From positions 3,437,940 through 3,501,939 of the forward strand of contig OZ241973.1 of assembly GCA_965204295.1 (NCBI GenBank): 64,000 nt of DNA, in the 5' to 3' direction. This document shows positions 53,770-62,947 of this stretch, one piece after another (position 1 is the stretch's first letter; every line of letters begins with the position of its first letter). The notes under the pieces were generated by a model. It was not told the DNA's origin, searched no databases, and saw nothing but the letters and a program-made list of their open reading frames with translations. A program made the translations under genes and the position numbers. The stretch comes from Rhizobiaceae bacterium. GTDB taxonomy: Bacteria; Pseudomonadota; Alphaproteobacteria; Rhizobiales; Rhizobiaceae.

Positions 53770-54506
53770 GCCGCTTCTATCGCCCCCGTAATCAGGCCGG
53801 TCACCTCTTCGGGACTGGTTTGCTTGATCGGACGGTCCGCCACCTTGTCGCCGCGACGCAGCACCGCGACCCGGTCGCAAACTTCAAACACGTCGGGCAT
53901 GCGGTGGGACACCAGGACGACGGCGTGATTGGTTTCCTTCAGCCGATGGATCAGGTTGAGAACCTCGGCGACCTGTCGCACCGAAATCGCCGCGGTCGGC
54001 TCATCCATCAGCACCAGTTTCGGATCCGAAAGGCGCGTCCGCGCGATCGCAACGGCCTGCCGTTGTCCACCCGACATCTGCCGCACGAGGTCACGCGACC
54101 GGGTTTCCGATTTCAGCTCCTTGAACAGCGCCGCCGCCGTATCGAACATCGCTCGATGGTCGAGGTATTTGAGCGGGCCGACCCGCCGCTTCTTTTCCCG
54201 GCCGAGAAACACATTGGCCGCCGCCGTCAGGTTGTCGCACAGCGCCAGATCCTGATACACGATCTCGATGCCGCTGTTCCTGGCGTCAACCGGCCTAGCG
54301 AACCGGGTCTCGCGGCCTTCGATTCGAATTGTTCCGCCGGTTGGCAGGTAGTTGCCGGCGATGATCTTCATCAGCGTCGACTTACCGGCGCCGTTGTCGC
54401 CCATCAGACCGACCGCCTCGCCGGGGTCGACATCCAGGTCGACGCCTTGCAACGCGTGAATGGCGCCGAAGCTCTTGGTGATGTTTCTTAGTTCGAGGAG
54501 CGTCAC
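53766..54506 (-). CDS. Sugar ABC transporter ATP-binding protein, second system
   Basis: Walker A GDNGAGKST, signature MSGGQRQ, Walker B LMDEPTAAI. Confidence 0.9.
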   Translation of the reverse strand: MTLLELRNITKSFGAIHALQGVDLDVDPGEAVGLMGDNGAGKSTLMKIIAGNYLPTGGTIRIEGRETRFARPVDARNSGIEIVYQDLALCDNLTAAANVFLGREKKRRVGPLKYLDHRAMFDTAAALFKELKSETRSRDLVRQMSGGQRQAVAIARTRLSDPKLVLMDEPTAAISVRQVAEVLNLIHRLKETNHAVVLVSHRMPDVFEVCDRVAVLRRGDKVADRPIKQTSPEEVTGLITGAIEAA

Positions 54507-54519
54507 GCATTGCCTCCTT

Positions 54520-55475
54520 TCAGATCGCCTGTGGCGCGTAGTCCGACGGCACCGCGTACATCACGTTTCGAAGCAGCGAAACCGAATTCTCCAAACCTTC
54601 ACAGGAATTCACAAGCACGTCCTCATGTTCGATGCTGAGCCAGCCGTCATACCCGGCCATTCTCAGATGATGGCAGAACTGACGCCACCATTCTTCTCCA
54701 TGTCCAAAACCGAGCGTGACGTAGCTCCAGCTTCGGGATCGAATGCTTGTCAGGCCACCGTTATCCAAAAGACTCGTTGTGGCTTGTACCGGCGCGTTGA
54801 GCATCGTGTCCTTGGCGTGTACGTGATAGATGGCCTCGCCAAGCGCCGCCGCCAGCGGATCCGTTCCCATCCAGAAAAGGTGCGAAGGGTCGAGATTGGC
54901 GCCGATGACCGGCCCGACCTCCTCGCGAAGTCTTATCAGGGAGGGAACATTGTACACACACACTGATTTCCGTGCATTTCGATTGCGATCCGCTCGACTC
55001 CATGCTCTCTGGCGAGAATGGCGATCTCGCTCTAGAACGGTAGCAGAACTTCATTCCACTGATAGTCGAGGATGATCTGCGTTTCCGGCGGCCAACCGGA
55101 GATAACCCAGTTTGGCATGGCGTCACCCGAAGAGCCCGCCGGCAATCCGGACATGGCGCAGACCGTGGAGAGGCCTATGTCTCCGGCTACGCGGATCGTG
55201 TCCTTCAGGCATTCGCATTGCTCGGTGTCGATCGGATGCAGCGGGTTTCCGTTGGCATTGAGACAGACGATATCGAGACCCAGATCGTCAAACGCCTTTC
55301 GAAAGGCGTTGCGGGCGTCGGCGTCGGACTTCATTGCTTTCATATCGAAATGGGGAGCGGTCGACCAGCCGCCGATGTTGACTTCAATGCCGCCAACGCC
55401 CATTTGCGCGGCTGCATCGAGGAGGTTGTCAAACCCGAGGTGGCCAAAGCTGTCCGAGACAAATCCGATTTTCAT
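54520..55475 (-). pseudogene. Sugar phosphate isomerase/epimerase (xylose isomerase-like TIM barrel), disrupted
   Basis: The N-part (MKIGFVSD...WNEVLLPF) ends at an in-frame TAG at 55032-55034. The same frame continues SEIAILAREHGVERIAIEMHGNQC, then shifts at a (GT)n tract near 54955-54963 into the C-part (CVYNVPSLIRLREEVGP...IEHED). Confidence 0.75.
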
Positions 55476-56560
55476 GCCGCGACCCTGACTTTTGAATAAA
55501 GTGCGGGGCTTTGCGGCAGAACCGCTGCGACTTTTTGGCCCGAAGACAAAGCTGCGGCTCCGGCCTCCGCAATCACGTTGGCGCAATGGCCGTCCCAGGC
55601 ATGCGCGGCGCCTTCAGCGGGGATGCCGGTGACAATCGCACTGATCCATGCCTGATTCTGCAACCTATAAGCTTCACGAAATCTCGATCGCCAGTCCGCA
55701 GCGTAGCTTGCCGTGGACATGAGATCCCTGTCGATACGCAGGTTCGGACGGGTTGCAAGCGTTACCGATCCATCGGTGCCGACGAGTTCACCCCTTACAT
55801 CGTATCCATACCCGGCATTGTTGTTTATCTCGATAGTCGCAAGCTGGCCACGCGATGTCTCCATAACGAGGACAACCGGCTTGCATATGACATTGCCCCC
55901 GATCACCGGCTCGAACGCCGAAATCGCAACGATTTCCGCATCAAGCACGTATCGAACCGCGTCGAATTCATGCGGCGCCGAGTTGGTGATCGCCATCCAC
56001 CCGTTGAATCCGGCCGGCGCCGCGACATTGCGGTGAAAATTGTGCATCATCACGGCAGTGCCGATCCGTCTGGATTGAAGCGCCGACTTTATTTCAACGT
56101 AACCCGGGTCGAATCTGCGCATGAAACCCACCTGGACCAGTTGCCGTCCAATGGCGCATTCCGCATCGACCACCGACAGGGATTCCGCGGGAGTGAGGGC
56201 GAGGGGCTTTTCGCACAACACCGGTTTGCGCGCGTTTAAGGCAGAGAGCGTCAGACCGGCATGGGTTGAGTCCGGGCTGGCGATCAGGACCGCATCGACA
56301 TCCCGCCGCCCTATCGTTTCGGTGGCGTTGGCGCTGATGTCCCGAGCACCGCAGGGGTCGGCGAGTTGGCGCGCCGTGGCTTCGGACACATCACAGATCA
56401 CCTGCAACGCGGCGCCCGGCACGTCCCTGGAAATTATGCGCGCGTGCTCCGCTCCCATCACACCGGCACCGATCAAGGCAACCCGAACAGTCAACTCTCC
56501 AATTCGACGCCACCACCGACGACGACCTCCCTTTGCTCGCCAATTATGCGTTTCTTCCAC
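55472..56560 (-). CDS. Gfo/Idh/MocA family oxidoreductase
   Basis: Rossmann motif VALIGAGVMG and the EKP motif (VLCEKPLA). The true start may lie downstream of the tracked ATG. Confidence 0.85.
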   Translation of the reverse strand: MEETHNWRAKGGRRRWWRRIGELTVRVALIGAGVMGAEHARIISRDVPGAALQVICDVSEATARQLADPCGARDISANATETIGRRDVDAVLIASPDSTHAGLTLSALNARKPVLCEKPLALTPAESLSVVDAECAIGRQLVQVGFMRRFDPGYVEIKSALQSRRIGTAVMMHNFHRNVAAPAGFNGWMAITNSAPHEFDAVRYVLDAEIVAISAFEPVIGGNVICKPVVLVMETSRGQLATIEINNNAGYGYDVRGELVGTDGSVTLATRPNLRIDRDLMSTASYAADWRSRFREAYRLQNQAWISAIVTGIPAEGAAHAWDGHCANVIAEAGAAALSSGQKVAAVLPQSPALYSKVRVAA

Positions 56561-56695
56561 CAGGTAATAAAGTGGATTGATCGGTTTTTCTGATGTGAAT
56601 CACATCAAATGGGACATAATCGATCCGAGCATCGCGGTATTTCGATCATAATTCGAGAGAATGACGTAAAACACCTCAAAACGGGATACCAGGCA

Positions 56696-57718
56696 ATGAA
56701 ACGGTCGAATTCCGCCAGACGCTGGAAAGGGCCGACTATCAGGGAAATAGCAGACCTGGCGGGCCTGAGTGTCGCTACGGTTGACAGGGTAGTGAACGGC
56801 CGGCCGGGCGTCAGTAACAAAACACGCAAGCGGACAAACGCTGCGTTGCTGAAACTACGGAAATCAGCCTCGGTCGACGAAGTGCTGCGGGTCGCGCTTC
56901 TTTGCGAGTCGGGAAAGACCTTCAACCGCGCAATTGACGATGCGGCAACCCTTATCAACCGATCCGTGGCCGGCGTCTCGATTTTCGGAAGCTACTCCGA
57001 AACCACTAGGTCCGATCCCCGAACCCTCGCAGGAAAAATCGAAGAGGCCGGCGAAACCTCCGATGGCCTGATCCTGATTGCGAGGGAGCACCCGGCTATC
57101 AACAATGCCGTCCGCAAGATGAAACGGAACAGTTTGCCGGTTGTCTGCCTCACCACCGACTTGCCGAGTTCGCGCTGGAATATCTATATCGAAAATGATC
57201 AGTACGCCGCCGGCTGTGTCGCGGCGCAACTGATAGGACAGGCGCTGCCGCGATCGAAGCAAAAAATCCTGTTTGTGATGAGCGTTCCGTTTCGCTGCCA
57301 GCAGGAGCGGGAGATGGGATTCCGGCGTGTGTTGCGATCCTCGTTTCCGCACCTGCGTATTGAAGAAAGGGTCATTTCGGACGACGTCCCCGAGACGACA
57401 TTCGAGCAGTTACAGATATTCTTCGAAACCCATGAACCTCCATCGGCGGTGTACAATGTCGCGGGCGCAAATCGCGGCGTTGCACAGGCCCTGGAAGCCG
57501 CGGACTGCACGAACACGACAAAATTCGTCGGGCACGAACTGACGCCCATCTCCCAGCTCCTGTTGGAATCCGGGACGATGGACTACGTGATTTCACACGA
57601 TTTCAGAGCAGAGATGCAAACTGCGGTCCGATGGATTCAATCCTATCACGAAGGGATTGAAACCAACCCCGGACCCAGCCAAATTCTCGTCCACACGCGA
57701 TATAATTGCAGCATTTAG
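56696..57718 (+). CDS. LacI family transcriptional regulator
   Basis: HTH TIREIADLAGLSVATVDRVVNG followed by a periplasmic-binding-like effector domain. The start is set to the internal ATG. Confidence 0.85.
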   Translation: MKRSNSARRWKGPTIREIADLAGLSVATVDRVVNGRPGVSNKTRKRTNAALLKLRKSASVDEVLRVALLCESGKTFNRAIDDAATLINRSVAGVSIFGSYSETTRSDPRTLAGKIEEAGETSDGLILIAREHPAINNAVRKMKRNSLPVVCLTTDLPSSRWNIYIENDQYAAGCVAAQLIGQALPRSKQKILFVMSVPFRCQQEREMGFRRVLRSSFPHLRIEERVISDDVPETTFEQLQIFFETHEPPSAVYNVAGANRGVAQALEAADCTNTTKFVGHELTPISQLLLESGTMDYVISHDFRAEMQTAVRWIQSYHEGIETNPGPSQILVHTRYNCSI

Positions 57719-58216
57719 GATTTCGGCGCGTCGTTGAAGCCGCCTGGTTTCGATGGAGATCCGATTGCGCGGAAATGGCGGTCTCGGCTTTTTCCAATCG
57801 CCTCCAAGCTCCGTCGCTCGGACATTGAAACCGGATGCTTCCCATCATTGCCGCATTTGCCGGGAGTGTCTTGAATTTTGTGTATCCGGGTAGAACCATG
57901 CGGTTTTCGCCGCCTCACGGACCGCATTGCGCCGACCCTTTTCCATGTCGCTATATCGCTGTTCTGCACCGGTCTTGCAAATGCAACCAAAGCGTGCCTT
58001 TGGCAATTTTGTCGTTTCCGCGCAATCCGGCCGCGGATGGTTCGGCGCGGCGCGTGGTCCGGGAGAATGGTTGTCAAATTTGCGGTTTCGATACTGCCTC
58101 ATTCGTCAGGAAATAACGGGCAATTCGGGTGGGAAAGGCGGTGACGCTTGCTCTCCGACCATGGAGAAAGTTAAACAACGCAATACGATTGCAACACGGG
58201 TTTACCGCTGCGTTTC

Positions 58217-59536
58217 ATGTCTCACATATTCCCAAGACACACCAAAGGGAAATTTCCCGTCGCCGTTCGTGGAGACGGCTGTTATCTGATCGACAGCGAC
58301 GGCAAGCGTTATTTCGACGGCTCCGGAGGCGCTGCGGTGTCTTGTCTGGGACATTCGGACGAGGCCGTTCGGGAGGCAGTCAAGTGGCAAATCGACGAAC
58401 TCGCCTTCGCGCATACCGGATTCCTGACATCGCAACCCGCAGAGCAACTGGCCGACCTGCTGATTGCGAACGCCCCGGGAGAGCTTGATCGCGTTTATTT
58501 CGTGTCAGGCGGTTCCGAGGCGGTCGAAGCGGCCATCAAGCTTGCGCGCCAGTACTTTGTCGAAATCGGACAGCCCGAGCGAAGACTCCTGATCGCACGC
58601 AGGCAAAGCTATCACGGCAACACGCTCGGCGCACTCGCGGCAGGCGGAAACGAATGGCGCAGAAAACCGTTCGCGCCATTGATGATCGAAACATCGCACA
58701 TATCGCCCTGCTATGAATATCGCGACAGGCAGTCGGATGAATCCGTCGAAGCTTACGGACGGCGGGCAGCCGATAAACTCGAACAGGAAATTTTGAGACT
58801 CGGGTCCGAAAACGTCATGGCGTTCATTGCGGAGCCTGTCGTCGGCGCGACGATGGGAGCGGTTCCGCCGGTTCCCGGGTATTTCGCGCGCATACGGAAT
58901 ATCTGCGACAGACATGGCGTCCTCCTGATCCTCGACGAGGTCATGTGCGGAATGGGAAGAACCGGTTCCTTGTTTGCCTGTGAACAGGAAGGGATCGCGC
59001 CTGATATAGTGACCATCGCGAAGGGACTGGGCGCCGGATATCAGCCGATCGGCGCAGCCCTTTGCACAGGCTCGATCTACCGGTCTTTCGAAAACGGATC
59101 CGGATATTTTCAGCACGGACACACCTATATCGGTCACCCGACCGCCTGCGCGGCCGGAAAGGCGGTCGTCCGCGCCATTCTGGATCGCGAATTGCCGGCG
59201 CGGGTCCGCGAGATGGGTAAGAAACTCGATAGCGCGCTGCAATCGGGTTTTGAACGGCATCCGAATGTCGGCGATATCAGGGGGCGCGGTCTGTTCATCG
59301 GGATTGAAATCGTTCGCGATCGGGAAACCAAACAGCCTTTCGATCCGTCCCGGGCGATCAACGCCAGGTTAAAGAAGGCCGCATTCGAAGCCGGACTGAT
59401 CTGTTATCCCATGGGCGGCACGATCGATGGCGTGCGCGGCGACCATGTTTTGCTGGCCCCGCCCTTCATTCTGGACGATGCCCAGATTGGCGAGATCGTC
59501 GAAAAGCTGAGCCATGCGTTTGAGACCGTGTTGTGA
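58217..59536 (+). CDS. Class III (omega) aminotransferase family protein
   Basis: 439 aa with the PLP-lysine context (DEVMCGMGRTG ... DIVTIAKGLGAGY). Confidence 0.85.
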   Translation: MSHIFPRHTKGKFPVAVRGDGCYLIDSDGKRYFDGSGGAAVSCLGHSDEAVREAVKWQIDELAFAHTGFLTSQPAEQLADLLIANAPGELDRVYFVSGGSEAVEAAIKLARQYFVEIGQPERRLLIARRQSYHGNTLGALAAGGNEWRRKPFAPLMIETSHISPCYEYRDRQSDESVEAYGRRAADKLEQEILRLGSENVMAFIAEPVVGATMGAVPPVPGYFARIRNICDRHGVLLILDEVMCGMGRTGSLFACEQEGIAPDIVTIAKGLGAGYQPIGAALCTGSIYRSFENGSGYFQHGHTYIGHPTACAAGKAVVRAILDRELPARVREMGKKLDSALQSGFERHPNVGDIRGRGLFIGIEIVRDRETKQPFDPSRAINARLKKAAFEAGLICYPMGGTIDGVRGDHVLLAPPFILDDAQIGEIVEKLSHAFETVL

Positions 59537-60318
59537 AGGAACTTCCACGCATCATGGTTGCGCCAAACGGGGCCCGGCGCACCAAAAATGATCATCCGCG
59601 TCTTCCTGTCACCATCGACGAGATCGTGACCTGCGCCGCGCAATGCCATACCGCCGGCGCCGGCGCCATTCACGCGCATATGCGCGATGAAAACCGGGTC
59701 CATGTGCTGGATGCCGGCCTGTATCGCGAACTCGTCGGCGAAATGTCCTTGCGTGTGCCTGGGATGGACGTGCAGATCACCACCGAAGCGGCGGGCCGGT
59801 ACTCGTCCGAAGATCAGCGAAAACTCGTCCGGGAGGTCATGCCGGCCGCGGTTTCGGTTTCCCTGTCCGAAATGTTCTCGGACGGCGACCGGATTGCGGC
59901 GATCGATTTCTATCAATGGGCCTTGGCCGCCGGAATATCGGTACAACATATAGTGTACGGCGTCGCCGAGTTTTCGGAGTTTATCGAACTGGCGTCCCGC
60001 GCCGAAATTCCACCCGGGCGTCACCAGCTTTTGTTCGTCCTTGGACGATACGCGCCGGGGCAAAACAGCGATCCGGCGGATCTCGACGCATTCCTGGATG
60101 CGATTGATTCGCGGGCCGCCACATTGGATTTGGATTGGGCGGCGTGCGCGTTTGGAATACGGCAGCAAATGTGTCTTGTCGAAGCCATGAGGCGGGGCGG
60201 CAAGGCGCGCGTCGGCTTTGAAAACGGCTTCCGGCTGCGCAACGGTCTCGTGGCGCGCGACAATGCCGACCTGGTTGACGATCTGGTGAAACGGACGGCG
60301 TTGGAGGCGGGTCGGTAA
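59533..60318 (+). CDS. 3-keto-5-aminohexanoate cleavage enzyme family (BKACE/DUF849) protein
   Basis: MVAPNGARRTKNDHP ... HAHMRDE motifs typical of BKACE. ATGA-type overlap with the aminotransferase gene. Confidence 0.75.
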   Translation: MKELPRIMVAPNGARRTKNDHPRLPVTIDEIVTCAAQCHTAGAGAIHAHMRDENRVHVLDAGLYRELVGEMSLRVPGMDVQITTEAAGRYSSEDQRKLVREVMPAAVSVSLSEMFSDGDRIAAIDFYQWALAAGISVQHIVYGVAEFSEFIELASRAEIPPGRHQLLFVLGRYAPGQNSDPADLDAFLDAIDSRAATLDLDWAACAFGIRQQMCLVEAMRRGGKARVGFENGFRLRNGLVARDNADLVDDLVKRTALEAGR

Positions 60319-60394
60319 AGCCGCGGCCGTCAGTACGGGGCGGGAGCAGGAAGAGGGGGAGGCCCTGTCCGCCGCTCCGAGGGGCGCACGTCCG

Positions 60395-61654
60395 TCAGAA
60401 CCGCCGCTCCACGCCCACGGTTACGTTGATGTCGCGCCAGGAATATGCTCTGGCGCGGGACTTCACCCGCTGATACGTGACCGTGGCGTAAGGAGTGAAG
60501 CCGTTCGCCAGGATGATCCGGCTGCTTTCGACGGTCAGCGCTGCTCCGGTCCCCGTCTCGTCAAGACTTTCCACATAGACCGACCCCGCGTTATCGAACA
60601 GCTTCCGTTCGATGAACGCGCTCGGCCTGAGGGTGATCCCCCGGCCAACGTCGAACGCGCCGAACGCGGTCAGGCGGAACCGCTGAAAGGCGTCCGGTTC
60701 GAACTCCGCGTCCTTGTCTTCGAACGCCAGTCGCGCGCCCAGAGAGGCTCTGGGCGAGACAGGGCGCGTGGCCGTCAGGCCGAGGGTCACGGCCTGTCCG
60801 TCCCGGCTGTCATTGCGCCGGTGATCGATATCGTGCCACGCCGAGGAAACGGCCAGCGTCGCCCCGGTGTCATAACGCCGCCCGAACGTGGCGCGGAACC
60901 CGACGCGGTCTTCCCAGCCCGACCCGCTCAGGAAGCGGCGCGACGCCAAAGGCGCGACGGTCAGCGTGGAGCGCGGCCAGATGAACCGCGCGCCGGCCTC
61001 TGCCGTAAGCGTCAGGTCATCGAACCGCGATCCCGGCCCTTCGTCGCCCGCGGCGACGATCCGGGCGAAGCCCAGCGTCCGGCGCTTTGGCCCGGACAAT
61101 CCCGGGAGGTCTCGGCGCAGAGCCGCGCTGAAGGAAAAACGCAGGCCGGGAACTGTCCCGGGGTCGCGATCCAGCGTGAAGGGAAGCGCTCCGCCTCCCA
61201 CATCCAGAAGAAGCGTATCGCTCTCGTAGTCGCGGGTATTGCCCAGTTGCGCGACGGCGACATCCGCATCCCATTCAAAGCCCCGGCGGGAGTCTATCGC
61301 CCGGATGAACGACAGTATGTTCGCGCGCACGGGTTCGGGGATGTCGCCCGAGAGCGCCGAAAGAAATTCCGCGCGGGCGCGGCGCCATTGCCCCGAGTCG
61401 AAATAGGCCCGGGCCAGTTCGAGGCGCACCCGCACGAGGTCGGGATTCCGCGACAGGATATTTGCAAAGATCGCCGCCGCCGCGCGGGGCCGGCCCGCGT
61501 TCAAGAGGGCCAGGCCGGTTTCAAACCGGAGCGCGGTTACCCCGGGTCCGGAATCGACCGATACCGTCCGGGCGGCCTCGCTGCGGGCCGCCACCGGCGA
61601 CGATATGGCCAGGACGGCGCTCAGCAACAGGGCGTAAACCGGACGGGGCATCAT
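60395..61654 (-). CDS. DUF560/Slam-like outer membrane protein (N-terminal TPR region plus C-terminal beta-barrel)
   Basis: Signal peptide, and a TPR-like segment (NPDLVRVRLELARAYFDSGQWRRARAEF...PEPVRANILSFIRAI). This is followed by about 300 aa of alternating beta-strand pattern ending in a terminal Phe. The pattern matches my recollection of the Slam family; no HMM was run. Confidence 0.6.
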   Translation of the reverse strand: MMPRPVYALLLSAVLAISSPVAARSEAARTVSVDSGPGVTALRFETGLALLNAGRPRAAAAIFANILSRNPDLVRVRLELARAYFDSGQWRRARAEFLSALSGDIPEPVRANILSFIRAIDSRRGFEWDADVAVAQLGNTRDYESDTLLLDVGGGALPFTLDRDPGTVPGLRFSFSAALRRDLPGLSGPKRRTLGFARIVAAGDEGPGSRFDDLTLTAEAGARFIWPRSTLTVAPLASRRFLSGSGWEDRVGFRATFGRRYDTGATLAVSSAWHDIDHRRNDSRDGQAVTLGLTATRPVSPRASLGARLAFEDKDAEFEPDAFQRFRLTAFGAFDVGRGITLRPSAFIERKLFDNAGSVYVESLDETGTGAALTVESSRIILANGFTPYATVTYQRVKSRARAYSWRDINVTVGVERRF

Positions 61655-61716
61655 CGGGAGATGTCACAGACGGGGGCCGCTCACCGGTGGTCGGCCCGTC
61701 AATTTGCGGAAGCGGC

Positions 61717-62064
61717 CTACTCCCTAATCGCGCCAAATGCGCCGACGATGTTGTCGCTTTCAAAGATTCCGAGAGCCTCGGCATGGTCCGGTCCGACAAA
61801 ACCGCCCAGGATACTGTTCCCGGGCTGACCGTCCGCAAAGATCCCGTCTTGACCCACCGCAAGATTTTCGAAGTCTATCCTCAATGTCGCATGTGGGCTT
61901 CCGCGATCGAGATCAACGATATCGGTGAAGTGCGCGTCGACCTCGTTGTCGGCGGAGGCGTATATCAGTTCGGCGTCCCCCTGCAGGATGTTGCCGCGAT
62001 GAGCGCCGCCGACCGGCCACAGGCGCTCGGTCTCGGCAATCCAAGGGTTTTGGGAGACGCCGGT
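61717..62064 (-). CDS. TbpB/fHbp-like beta-barrel ORF (115 codons stop-to-stop), no ATG and no N-proximal start codon; status uncertain (fusion, readthrough or pseudogene)
   Basis: Hand translation gives GC3-biased codons and ends ...ILGGFVGPDHAEALGIFESDNIVGAFGAIRE. That matches the G-F-x-GP-x-A-E-x-x-G-x-F ... FGA ending of TbpB-type lipoprotein barrels. This ORF was not in the supplied track. Confidence 0.45.
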   Translation of the reverse strand, partial: TGVSQNPWIAETERLWPVGGAHRGNILQGDAELIYASADNEVDAHFTDIVDLDRGSPHATLRIDFENLAVGQDGIFADGQPGNSILGGFVGPDHAEALGIFESDNIVGAFGAIRE

Positions 62065-62802
62065 TCAGCAGACCGTGCTTTGACATGCCCGGAAGTTGGC
62101 CACTTTTTCGGTCAGAACCGCACGGCCAAGCGCGCCGAACACCACTTCGTCGCCGACCACGTAGGAGGGGGTGCCGGTAATCGACAATTCATTGGCAAGC
62201 TCATAGGTTTTCGCAAACGCCGCCTGAATTTCGGGATTTTGCATCTCCTTGCGAAGGTCCGCCTCACTGGCGCCAAGGTCCACGGCAACGCGCATGGCCT
62301 TTTCCTCGCCGGCCAGGCCTGGCCCGTTGAGCACCTCACGATGGAAATCCGCGTATTTGTCTGGATGCAGGGCGCGGAAGGCCATCGAAACAATATGAGC
62401 CCTTTGCGAATCCGGTCCCAGAATCGGAAACTCTTTCAGGGCAAATCGCAGTTCGGGGTCTTTTCTGACCATCTCATCCATGTCGGCCATGGCGCGTTTG
62501 CAGAAACCGCAATTGTAATCGAAAAACTCCACGACCGTGATCTCGCCATCGGGATTTCCGACGATCCCGTCGTAACCGGCGTTGAATATCTCATTCGCCT
62601 GCTCGGTGATTGTCGCCGTCCGCGCGAGACGTTGTTCCTGCTGCTGTCTGATTTCTAGCGCGGTTTGGGCCGAGGTCAGGGCCGGCGGGTTTGCGCCTGT
62701 CACCACGCCCCGAGCGCGCTCGGCAAAGCCTGGACTGCTGCTACAACCCGACAGGGCGATTCCCGCCGCACAGAAGACGATAAACAACATAATACGAATC
62801 AT
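62065..62802 (-). CDS. DsbA-family thiol:disulfide oxidoreductase lipoprotein
   Basis: Start MIRIMLFIVFCAAGIALSGC (lipobox), thioredoxin motif FDYNCGFCK, and C-terminal GTPSYVVGDE. The tracked ORF start at 62982 looks like an over-extension. Confidence 0.8.
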   Translation of the reverse strand: MIRIMLFIVFCAAGIALSGCSSSPGFAERARGVVTGANPPALTSAQTALEIRQQQEQRLARTATITEQANEIFNAGYDGIVGNPDGEITVVEFFDYNCGFCKRAMADMDEMVRKDPELRFALKEFPILGPDSQRAHIVSMAFRALHPDKYADFHREVLNGPGLAGEEKAMRVAVDLGASEADLRKEMQNPEIQAAFAKTYELANELSITGTPSYVVGDEVVFGALGRAVLTEKVANFRACQSTVC

Positions 62803-62947
62803 GGAAATGTCCCCGTTTTTATTCAGATAAACGCCCACCCCGGCACTCTGCAAGACGATTATGTTGTCCGCAAACCTGTCAAGGAAAAACGCCAGTGCCC
62901 GCCGAATGAAAAAGGGCGCCGCAACGGGCGCCCTTCCCGTCATCCGG

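Noticed and set aside
62050-62070. Selenocysteine insertion at the TGA ending the DsbA gene.
   Set aside because: I keep this only as a low-probability alternative inside the finding. A hairpin lies downstream, but I cannot match it to a bacterial SECIS. No sel genes are in the window, and a nonsense mutation or sequencing error is the simpler explanation.
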